Source: Bacteroidales bacterium (lineage in GTDB: Bacteria > Bacteroidota > Bacteroidia > Bacteroidales > UBA12077). Taken from it: a stretch of DNA of 64,000 nt. A program made the position numbers and the translations under genes. This document shows positions 38,269 through 46,388 of the stretch, piece by piece. How positions within the stretch are numbered: the first letter of the stretch is position 1; each line of letters opens with the position of its first letter. The DNA is taken from assembly GCA_028282785.1 (NCBI GenBank), contig JANQHE010000071.1, forward strand, positions 4,423 to 68,422, read 5' to 3'. The notes beneath the pieces are model-generated. The model ran no database searches. It saw nothing but the letters and a program-made list of their open reading frames with translations, and was not told where the DNA came from.

Positions 38269-39057
38269 ATGAACATTTTTATTTACGATCAAACATTTGA
38301 AGGTCTTCTTACAACGATATATGAAGCAATTGAGCTTAAGGTTAGACCTGATAAAATTGTAAGCGCAAAGTCATTTCAAGATGATTTATTTGCTATCAAA
38401 AACTATGTAACTACTGATCATGCGAAATTTGAAAGTATCTGGAACCAGGTTAATAAGAAAACAACTCAGCAAGTATGTCAACGAATATTCCAGGCTTTTC
38501 TCTCAGAAGGGCCAGATATAGAGATGCTTATTTATAATTATATAAAGTTAATAATTGATACGCCATATAATATAGAAGTTAATTTTAGTGATAATTTTGT
38601 TTTAAAATTGACCAATATCCAAAAGAAAGTTGGTCGCGAAACTCAACGTGTAATTATGTTTGTTCGCTTTCAAAAAACAATTGATGACATATATTATGCC
38701 TCATTTGATCCTAAATACAATGTTATTCCTTTAACAATATCTCATTTTAGAAATCGTTTTGCAGACCAGAAATGGGTAATATTCGATACCAGAAGAAAAT
38801 ATGGTTACTATTATGATCTAAATGAGGTTAGAGAAGTAACCATAGGAAATCAAAAAGTAAATAATAACTCCGGAAAGGTTGAGAATGATATTTTACACGT
38901 CAGTGAAAAACTTTTTCAGAAGCTTTGGAAGAGTTACTATGACACAATTAATATTAAGGAGCGTAAAAATCTAAAAGTGCATATGCAATTTCTTCCCAAA
39001 AGATTTTGGAAATTCCTTCCTGAAAAAGACTTCAAGAATAAGATGGTATTAAGTTGA
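38269..39057 (+). CDS. Probable DNA metabolism protein partnered with the radical SAM enzyme (TIGR03915/DUF4130-like)
   Basis: ~262 aa. N-terminus IYDQTFEGLLTTIYEA and the conserved radical-SAM/partner gene order. ATG at 38269 (the track start at 38263 is TTG). Confidence 0.65.
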   Translation: MNIFIYDQTFEGLLTTIYEAIELKVRPDKIVSAKSFQDDLFAIKNYVTTDHAKFESIWNQVNKKTTQQVCQRIFQAFLSEGPDIEMLIYNYIKLIIDTPYNIEVNFSDNFVLKLTNIQKKVGRETQRVIMFVRFQKTIDDIYYASFDPKYNVIPLTISHFRNRFADQKWVIFDTRRKYGYYYDLNEVREVTIGNQKVNNNSGKVENDILHVSEKLFQKLWKSYYDTINIKERKNLKVHMQFLPKRFWKFLPEKDFKNKMVLS

Positions 39058-39167
39058 TCAGTAGGTATATATATAAAATAATTATTTAACTATTTTTATA
39101 ACATATCATAAAATTGAGACAAATTGTGGTGTTTTCTTAGATTTGATGATCAATTTTATGTTTGGAT

Positions 39168-40121
39168 ATGTATTTTTCTGTCATTATAAATCAAATATTA
39201 ATATTGGCATTTCTTTCGCTTGTAGGCGTTATTGCTACAAAGGTGAATATAATTACAGAAAAGGTTAAAGACAGTATTACTAAAATTGTATTTAACATAA
39301 CCTTACCTGCACTTATTCTAACTTCAGTAACAAAAGTTGATTTAAATGAAGAAATAATATACAATAGCATTTTGGTTTTTGGTTTTTCAAACCTGGGTAT
39401 TATTCTGCTATACGCTATTGGAAAAGTTTCAAGAGCAGTTCTTAAAATTAAAGATAAAAAAGGAAATATTCATGTAATACATACCATGTTAGGCAATACC
39501 GTATTTCTTGGATATCCTTTATTTTCAGTCTTATTTCCGGGTGGCGAGGGATTGTTTTATGCAGTAATTTTCCATCTTACCCAAAATATTTATATATGGA
39601 CAATTGGCGTTTTTGAATTTAATAATACGAAAGATCTTACCCTTAAACAAAGCCTCAAAAACCTGATAAATCCTAACACTTTTATATTTATTGTTAGTAT
39701 AATTTTATTGGCTTTCCGGGTAAAAATACCGGTTTTTTTCTTCGATCCTTTAAATGGGTTGGGTAAAACAACCATTTATCTTGCAATGTTATACATTGGA
39801 GCAGCATTAACACAAAATCCCATGCTTAAAGCATTTAAAAGACGGGAAATATATGTACTCATATTTAATAAAATGATTTTTATTCCTATCATTCTACTAT
39901 TACTGGTTAATTTTACTACGTATTTATTTCATATCCATATTGGAGATGTTGCAAAAACTGTTGTAGTAATGCAAACTGCTATGCCCTGTATGGCCCTGGT
40001 TGTTGTTTTGGCAAAGAAATACGGAAGTGATGATATTCATGCAACAGAGAACTTATTTATATCAACTATTCTTTCTCTTGCTACACTTCCTTTTATATAT
40101 TATTTGGCTCAGATTTTATAG
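39168..40121 (+). CDS. AEC-family (auxin efflux carrier-like) transporter
   Basis: ~317 aa with ~10 TM helices. N-terminus VIINQILILAFLSLVGVIA and the overall topology are typical of AEC permeases. Confidence 0.75.
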   Translation: MYFSVIINQILILAFLSLVGVIATKVNIITEKVKDSITKIVFNITLPALILTSVTKVDLNEEIIYNSILVFGFSNLGIILLYAIGKVSRAVLKIKDKKGNIHVIHTMLGNTVFLGYPLFSVLFPGGEGLFYAVIFHLTQNIYIWTIGVFEFNNTKDLTLKQSLKNLINPNTFIFIVSIILLAFRVKIPVFFFDPLNGLGKTTIYLAMLYIGAALTQNPMLKAFKRREIYVLIFNKMIFIPIILLLLVNFTTYLFHIHIGDVAKTVVVMQTAMPCMALVVVLAKKYGSDDIHATENLFISTILSLATLPFIYYLAQIL

Positions 40122-40359
40122 AATCAACTTTTTTCAGAATTAATATAGGGTAAAAGCTTACTTTTTTATCATTGATATAGGACAGAAAAATCATGAAATA
40201 AAGGTTTTGGTTTGTGAGTAAAAGGTTAGTTCTTAAATGATTGATTTACTTAGTATTTATGGTCGGTTTGTGTTGACTGGCCATAAGTTTTAAAAACAGA
40301 GTATTGTAAATAAGAATATTATTGTTTTAATTTAGAAGATTACAGATAGCTTAAAATAT

Positions 40360-40911
40360 ATGAATCTTAAAGATAAAAAGATTTTAAAACGTATTAAGAC
40401 AGGTGATATTAAGCAATTTGAATTGCTCTTTAAAGAATATTATGAAATGTTATGTCAGTTTGCAATAAAATATGTAAAAAACATTGAAGAATCAGAAGGA
40501 GTAGTTCAGGATACATTTTATAATATTTGGAAGAACAGAGAAAAACTTAATATTACCACATCATTTAAGTCTTATTTATTTTCTGCGGTTAGAAATAACT
40601 GTTTACAGGTTTTAAGAACGCGTTCTTTGAACATAAAGTATGAAAATTACTATAAATCACATTATGTGAATGAAAGCATTAATCCATCAGATGAATTAAG
40701 CGCAAAAGAACTTTCAAAAGTTATTAATAATGCATTAAATTCGCTGCCGGAAAAATGTCGTCAAATTTTTAAAATGAGTCGATACGAAGGATTAAAATAT
40801 CATGAAATTGCAGAAAAACTTTCTATATCGATTAAAACAGTAGAGGCAAATATGGGAAAGGCACTTAAACATTTCAGGTCGCACCTTAAAGATTACGCCG
40901 AAGTTGTTTAA
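40360..40911 (+). CDS. ECF sigma factor, FecI-like
   Basis: 183 aa. Region 2 ESEGVVQDTFYNIWKNR...YLFSAVRNNCLQ. Region 4 QIFKMSRYEGLKYHEIAEKLSISIKTVEANMGKAL. Confidence 0.88.
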   Translation: MNLKDKKILKRIKTGDIKQFELLFKEYYEMLCQFAIKYVKNIEESEGVVQDTFYNIWKNREKLNITTSFKSYLFSAVRNNCLQVLRTRSLNIKYENYYKSHYVNESINPSDELSAKELSKVINNALNSLPEKCRQIFKMSRYEGLKYHEIAEKLSISIKTVEANMGKALKHFRSHLKDYAEVV

Positions 40912-40927
40912 ATAAAACCGGAAAGAT

Positions 40928-41947
40928 ATGAAAACAAATAATAACATAGAATATTGGGATTTAATTGCAAAATACTTTTCTCATGAATGTACGGAAGAAG
41001 AGGTAAAAGAACTTTTTAAATGGAGAGATGAAAGCAATGAGAACCAATTATTATTTAACCAGATAAAAAAGGATTTGGAAATTATTAATTTAAATAAATC
41101 GATGAATAAAGTTAATGTTGATTCTGCCTGGGAGAATCTTAAAAACAAAATTAAGGAGGATGAGTTGGATTTACCGTTAACAGAAGAAACCAAAACCAGA
41201 TTTATGCTTCCGACAGTATTGAAGTATGCTGCTATGGTTATCATATTAGTAGGATTGGGTTTCTTTTCAACAAAGGTATATCAACGGATTTCAGGTAGTT
41301 TTACTACCCAATATGCTACTTTGTATGAACAAGGTAAGGAAATAGCCTTACCAGATGGTAGTATGGTAGTTTTAAATGCTAATAGTAAAATAACTTACCC
41401 GGCAGCATTTTCACATAATGAGCGTAAAGTTAAACTCGAAGGAGAAGCATTTTTTGATGTAACTAATAATTCTGAAAAACCTTTCATTATTGAAACTAAA
41501 AATGCTGAAGTGAGAGTTCTTGGAACTTCTTTTAATGTAAATGCCAGTATTCCCGGACATAAGGTGGAAGTATTTGTTGAAACCGGATTGGTTCAGTTAT
41601 CACGTACAAAAAATGGAGGAGAAAAAATATTAATTAATCCTGGCGATATTGGTATTCTTGATATCAACGAGTTAACCAATAAGAAAAATTCTGATCAAAA
41701 TATTATTGCCTGGAAAACAAAAGAAATTGTTTTTGTTGAGGAAAGCATAGAAAGTGTGATACGTACTTTAAATAAAGTTTATAATGCAAACATCAATTGT
41801 GAAAATGAAGAGATTCTTAATTCAAGATATACTTCAACTTTCAGAAATCAGGATATAGATTCAATTTTAAATGTAATTTGTTTAACATTCAATTTAAAAA
41901 TTGAGAATACAGATAATGGAATTTATATAGTAAAATACGATAGCTAA
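40928..41947 (+). CDS. FecR-family anti-sigma factor / signal transducer
   Basis: 339 aa. N-terminal anti-sigma segment, single TM (AAMVIILVGLGFF), periplasmic FecR block LPDGSMVVLNANSKITY...LEGEAFFDV...VRVLGTSFNV, and a C-terminal DUF4974-like tail. Confidence 0.85.
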   Translation: MKTNNNIEYWDLIAKYFSHECTEEEVKELFKWRDESNENQLLFNQIKKDLEIINLNKSMNKVNVDSAWENLKNKIKEDELDLPLTEETKTRFMLPTVLKYAAMVIILVGLGFFSTKVYQRISGSFTTQYATLYEQGKEIALPDGSMVVLNANSKITYPAAFSHNERKVKLEGEAFFDVTNNSEKPFIIETKNAEVRVLGTSFNVNASIPGHKVEVFVETGLVQLSRTKNGGEKILINPGDIGILDINELTNKKNSDQNIIAWKTKEIVFVEESIESVIRTLNKVYNANINCENEEILNSRYTSTFRNQDIDSILNVICLTFNLKIENTDNGIYIVKYDS

Positions 41948-41993
41948 TTCTATTTTTATCTGTATATTCATTTTTGGGAATATACAGAGTGAC

Positions 41994-43553
41994 ATGATCA
42001 ACATAAATCAAAATATAAAAAGCGCCATCATTCTGTTTCTGGGAATTATGGTATTTTTATTTCCAGTTCAACTACAATCGCAAACAAAATCTATTCTTGA
42101 TAGTATAATTTCTTTTAAATCAAAAAATATAAGCTTATATGAAAGTTTAAATCAAATAAGTGATGCAATAGAATATGAATTTTCTTACAATGCCGATTTA
42201 ATTGCATCGGAAAGTAGAATAAAAGTTAATTATGATAATATAAGTGTAAACAATCTGTTATCTGAACTACTTAAGGATTCTACGTTGACTTTTCATGTTA
42301 CAGATAAGCAAATTATCATTCTGAAAAAAAATTCATTCCAAAATCTTGACCCAATTAAAAATGAGTTGAAAATTGAGAATAGATTTCAAATAAATGGTAG
42401 CGTTTATGATAGAAGAACAAAAGAGCCTTTGGCATTCGCCAACATTGCTTTATTGGGTAAAAGTATTGGATCCGTTACCAATGAACAGGGTTTATTTAAC
42501 CTCAAAATTAAAGATATTAACTTCAAAGATACATTAGTAATTTCTTATATAGGTTATAAAAATACTTATGTGCCGGTAAATCAATTATCTTTATACAATA
42601 ATAGCATATACCTGGAGGAAAATCTTGTTAAGATTCAGGAAGTTATTATAAGAATTCATGATCCTATTGCCATTTTGAGGGAATCTATAAAAAACATAAA
42701 AGATAATTACTATACTGATCCTTACTATATTACTTCATTTTATAGAGAAAGAGTTACCAAACAAGATGAGTTAGCTTCAATTACAGAAGCAGTAATTGAA
42801 GTTTATAAAAGTCCTTACTGGGGATTATTCTCGGATCAAATGAGAGTAGTAAAAAGTCGTAAAAATGAATATTATAGCAAGGATGATTCGGTTTCCTTAA
42901 AACTAAAAGGAGGCCTATATGCCAGTTTATATTTAGATGCCATAAAAAATCCTCCAAACTTTTTGAAATTAGATCAACTACATAATTACACATATTCAAT
43001 ATCGGAAATAGTAAATTATGATGATAATATTGCATATGTAATTGATTTTAAACCTAAAGTTTATTTAGAAGAACAGACTTTTGAAGGAAAAATATATATA
43101 AATACGGATAACCTGGCAGTTGTAGCTATAAATTATAATATTACTCCTGAAGCAATTAAAAAAGTAGGAAAACGTTTAGTTGTTAAAAAAAGAATTGGAA
43201 CAAAAGTTAGACCTACTTCAGTAAAATACAGAATAAATTATAGAAAGATCAACGGTAAATATTATATGCATCTTACCAGGGGAGAACTGGAATTTAAAAT
43301 CAATTACAAACGAAAACTATTTTCAAAAGATTTTAAAACCATATTTGAATTTGCATCCAATAATATTGATACAGTAAATGTTGAAAGGTTCGATAGGGTT
43401 GAAACAATATCAACACATAAGGTATTTATTGATGAAGATTTTCAATATGATCATCTGTTTTGGGGCGATTATAACTATATTAGTCCGGATGAAACAATTG
43501 AGGAGGCTTTAATCCGGATTCAGAAAAAAATAGAAGAATTGTATTATAAATGA
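41994..43553 (+). CDS. STN-like + CarboxypepD_reg-like domain protein lacking a TonB-dependent barrel
   Basis: 519 aa. Signal sequence. N-terminal signalling-extension-like segment ISFKSKNISLYESLNQISDAIEYEFSYNADL...LTFHVTDKQIIIL. CarboxypepD_reg block INGSVYDRRTKEPLAFANIALLGKSIGSVTNEQGLFNL. A ~300-aa C-terminal domain has no plug or barrel features. Confidence 0.6.
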   Translation: MININQNIKSAIILFLGIMVFLFPVQLQSQTKSILDSIISFKSKNISLYESLNQISDAIEYEFSYNADLIASESRIKVNYDNISVNNLLSELLKDSTLTFHVTDKQIIILKKNSFQNLDPIKNELKIENRFQINGSVYDRRTKEPLAFANIALLGKSIGSVTNEQGLFNLKIKDINFKDTLVISYIGYKNTYVPVNQLSLYNNSIYLEENLVKIQEVIIRIHDPIAILRESIKNIKDNYYTDPYYITSFYRERVTKQDELASITEAVIEVYKSPYWGLFSDQMRVVKSRKNEYYSKDDSVSLKLKGGLYASLYLDAIKNPPNFLKLDQLHNYTYSISEIVNYDDNIAYVIDFKPKVYLEEQTFEGKIYINTDNLAVVAINYNITPEAIKKVGKRLVVKKRIGTKVRPTSVKYRINYRKINGKYYMHLTRGELEFKINYKRKLFSKDFKTIFEFASNNIDTVNVERFDRVETISTHKVFIDEDFQYDHLFWGDYNYISPDETIEEALIRIQKKIEELYYK

Positions 43554-43740
43554 AATATTAAATAGTGGCTTTTAAATTAAAATAGATTGGTAGAAGGAGA
43601 AATATAAACTTTGTAATTCGTATCAGGCGAATGCAAAAGTTATAAAAGAAATAGCAATTAGAGAACAGATAAGGAAACTGATTCAAAAAATAACCAATGA
43701 AGTTGGTTTGATCTTAAGCCTCTTAAGTATTAATAGTTAA

Positions 43741-45612
43741 TTACTCTCTCCGTTTGTATGCTCTTACCCAATCTATTTCCATAGCGCAAGGTACTGCGGG
43801 ATTTCCTTCCTGACTGATTCCTGAACTTAAAACAATGTACATGGGCTCATTAGGAATTCCTTCTGTTTGCTCGTATAGTACAACATCATTTATTTTCCAG
43901 GTAAGTTTTTCATTGGTCCATTCCAGTGAATAAATAAAGTAGTCCTTTGAAAAGTTTAATCCACCAAGAGCTTTTTTGGAGCTTTTTAAATTTCCATCTC
44001 CATTCCAATAATTCGCTACTTCTAATTTAGAAGAAGATTTTTTTCCGTACTTGAAAACATCAATTTCAGGAGTTATTTTTTCGCCTAATAACCAAAAAGC
44101 ATGATGGATAGGAAAGGAGTGGTTAACTTTAATTTTAGCCTTGAATAAGCCATATTGTTGTCTAAAGTATTGTCCTGTATTTACCAAAGCAGAAGAATAA
44201 TCAAATTCCTTTGGATAAAATCCCATGGTTGGATCCCAGGTCTTTCCCAGGATTTTTTCCTGCTTGGTAACAATCCTAAGGTTGCTATTATTTATTTCTA
44301 TATTTGAATCTTTAAAAAATTGTTTTTCATTAACTTGGACATAATCATCCTGTAACAGGTTTTTGCCCCAATAATAACCCGTCATCCACTTATCCGCATT
44401 CAATTTGTTTTCGTTAAAATCATCTTCAAACGTAAGTTCCCATTCATGTAACTTACCGAAATCATTTTGTTTTTCAAGTTTAAAATACCATTTAATCTTT
44501 TCAGAATTTTTCAATTCTTTATATTCTTCTGCTTGCTTAAACTCTTCTGATAACTTGAATTTATCCTTAACTAAAAGATATTTCTTTTCTTCTTTAAACT
44601 CTTCAGAGTTGATAAAAGTATCCAATTCTTCAAAGTCTGCAATTTCTTGTGAGTCATTCAATTCGGTATAAATTGCCAATTTTTCAGAATCCTTGAACTT
44701 GTAGAATTTCTTAATTTCAGGAGACTTCTTTAGAGTTTTATATTCCTGCTGTTTTTTATATTCTTCGGTGTTTTCAAATTTCAGATTTTTTACTTCTTCT
44801 ATTTGAGCTTTAAACTCAGGAGATCCAACTTGCTTTTCTAACTCAAGAAATGCCTCAACTTCTTCAGATCCATCTAATTCAACGAATTTCTTATATTTTT
44901 CTGATTCTTTAAATTTAAAATGATTCTTTACCTTACCTGATTTAGTTAGCTTTTTGTACTGATTCAATTTTTCAAATTCTTCAGGATTTTCCTTTTTATT
45001 AATTGAATTAAAATCTATTGATTCAATTTCATTTTTTAACTGAATGTAATCCTCTAGCTCCTTAGAATTATCGAAACTTTGAAAATCAGCTAATTGTTTT
45101 GAGTTTTTTATTTTAAAGAAAGGTTTGAATTTACTTTTATATTCTTTGTATTGTACTTTTGTATCTTTTAAAGCTTGAGTTTTATCGTTTTTTTGCTGTA
45201 TAATAGACTTTTTAAACTCTTCAAAATCAGGCGATGTAAAAAATCGATTCAACTCTTCGTAGTTGGCAAGTTTGTCTGAATCTTTAAACAATTCATAATC
45301 TTTAAGTTCTTGAGAATCTTTAACCTGGTAATAGGTTTTTATACGCTTGGATTTTTTGAGCTCCTTATATTTCTTTTCTTTTTCAAAAGTTTCAGAACCA
45401 GTATATTTCTTGGAGTTAATCTCTTTTTTAATGTTCTCGAAATCGGGCGAAGTTACGAAAGCTTCTAATTCTCTATATCTGGCTAATTCTTCAGATTCGG
45501 AGAAAGTGGTAAATTCTTCGTACTCCTGTTTTAATTTGTTTTCTTTTTCTTCAAGAACAGAAGTTTTGGGAATCATTCCCAATCTAGCTTTAAACGAAAA
45601 TTGTGCACTCAT
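43741..45612 (-). CDS. GH16-like (concanavalin-fold) protein with five N-terminal ~70-aa K/E-rich repeats; no signal peptide
   Basis: 623 aa. C-terminal HAFWLLGEKITPEIDVFKY and MEIDWVRAYK resemble the GH16 core. The N-terminal repeats share S-x-E-h-x-x-Y/F-x-E-L...SPEF...EYKxLKKS...YFKFKDS. Confidence 0.6.
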   Translation of the reverse strand: MSAQFSFKARLGMIPKTSVLEEKENKLKQEYEEFTTFSESEELARYRELEAFVTSPDFENIKKEINSKKYTGSETFEKEKKYKELKKSKRIKTYYQVKDSQELKDYELFKDSDKLANYEELNRFFTSPDFEEFKKSIIQQKNDKTQALKDTKVQYKEYKSKFKPFFKIKNSKQLADFQSFDNSKELEDYIQLKNEIESIDFNSINKKENPEEFEKLNQYKKLTKSGKVKNHFKFKESEKYKKFVELDGSEEVEAFLELEKQVGSPEFKAQIEEVKNLKFENTEEYKKQQEYKTLKKSPEIKKFYKFKDSEKLAIYTELNDSQEIADFEELDTFINSEEFKEEKKYLLVKDKFKLSEEFKQAEEYKELKNSEKIKWYFKLEKQNDFGKLHEWELTFEDDFNENKLNADKWMTGYYWGKNLLQDDYVQVNEKQFFKDSNIEINNSNLRIVTKQEKILGKTWDPTMGFYPKEFDYSSALVNTGQYFRQQYGLFKAKIKVNHSFPIHHAFWLLGEKITPEIDVFKYGKKSSSKLEVANYWNGDGNLKSSKKALGGLNFSKDYFIYSLEWTNEKLTWKINDVVLYEQTEGIPNEPMYIVLSSGISQEGNPAVPCAMEIDWVRAYKRRE

Positions 45613-45663
45613 AATAATCTATTTTCTTGCCAATGGTTAAAGATATAAAAAAAACAGGAAAAA

Positions 45664-45695
45664 AGACCTAATAGGTTTTTAAACCTGTTAGGTCT
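45664..45695. repeat. REP-like hairpin AGACCTAATAGGTTT-TT-AAACCTGTTAGGTCT
   Basis: 15-bp arms with one mismatch. A near-identical hairpin sits at 46351-46381 on the other side of the RAYT remnant. Confidence 0.7.
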
Positions 45696-45751
45696 GAGTT
45701 AAGCCTGATGTTTTAATTAATTTTAAATAACTTTAAATTAAAATATATTAA

Positions 45752-46341
45752 GCTATAAAAAAAGAACCATTAGAGGCCAGTAATTATTACCATCTGTTTA
45801 ACCGGGGAAATAACAAAGAAAACATATTTAAAAATGATGAAAACTATCTGTATTTTCTTTCATTAGTAAAAAAGCATTTATCTGAAATTTGTAAATTTTA
45901 TGCTTATTGCTTGCTGCCCAATCATTTCCACTTATTATTAAGGATAAATGATTTTGAAAGTATACCGTCAAATTATCAAAAGAGAATTCATCAACCTTTT
46001 TCGAACCTTTTTAATGCTTATAGTAAAGCTATTAACAAAAAATATAACAGAACAGGGAGTTTGATCCAGGAACATCTGCATCGTATAAAAGTAAACTCTG
46101 AGGAATATTTTAAGCAATTACTTCTTTATATTCATTTAAATCCAGAGAAACACGAAATATGTGAAAATTTTTCGGATTATAAACATTCATCATATAATTC
46201 TTTCATTATTAATAAACCGAGTTTACTAAACAGGAAAGAAGTCTTTGACTATTTTATAGTAAAGATAACTTTATCAAGTGCCACATGGATAAAAAAATCA
46301 ATTTGGAGTTATTAAAAGAAATAGACAATTGGGATGGTTAG
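45752..46341 (+). pseudogene. IS200/IS605-like HUH tyrosine transposase (REP-associated, RAYT-type), decayed
   Basis: The reading frame is open from 45752 (...YYHLFNRGNNKENIFKNDENYLYFLSLVKK...AYCLLPNHFHLLL... with HUH = HFH, and YIHLNPEKH with catalytic Tyr), but there is no ATG upstream of the conserved N-terminal block. A 1-nt frameshift near 46250-46255 is needed to reach the C-terminus ...SKDNFIKCHMDKKINLELLKEIDNWDG (stop at 46339-46341). Confidence 0.7.
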
Positions 46342-46350
46342 TAAAAGAAA

Positions 46351-46381
46351 GACCTAACAGGTTTTAAAAACCTGTTAGGCC
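46351..46381. repeat. REP-like hairpin CCTAACAGGTTTT-A-AAAACCTGTTAGG; also terminator for the 46389 gene
   Basis: 13-bp perfect arms. On the minus strand it is followed by a T-rich run immediately after the stop of 46389..48443. Confidence 0.7.
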
Positions 46382-46388
46382 GTACGTT

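Noticed and set aside
43554-43740. Replication terminus suggested by the change from mostly + strand genes (left ~43 kb) to mostly - strand genes (right ~20 kb)
   Set aside because: The strand pattern is patchy on both sides. I cannot compute cumulative GC skew reliably by eye. No dif-like sequence was seen in the convergent spacer. The GC-rich repeat modules do not flip orientation here.
45911-46315. 134-aa ORF taken at face value as an intact transposase gene
   Set aside because: Its TTG start lies in the middle of the conserved domain (upstream in-frame sequence encodes the conserved YYHLFNRGNN block) and its C-terminus is out of frame with the conserved tail. It is annotated instead as a pseudogene at 45752..46341.
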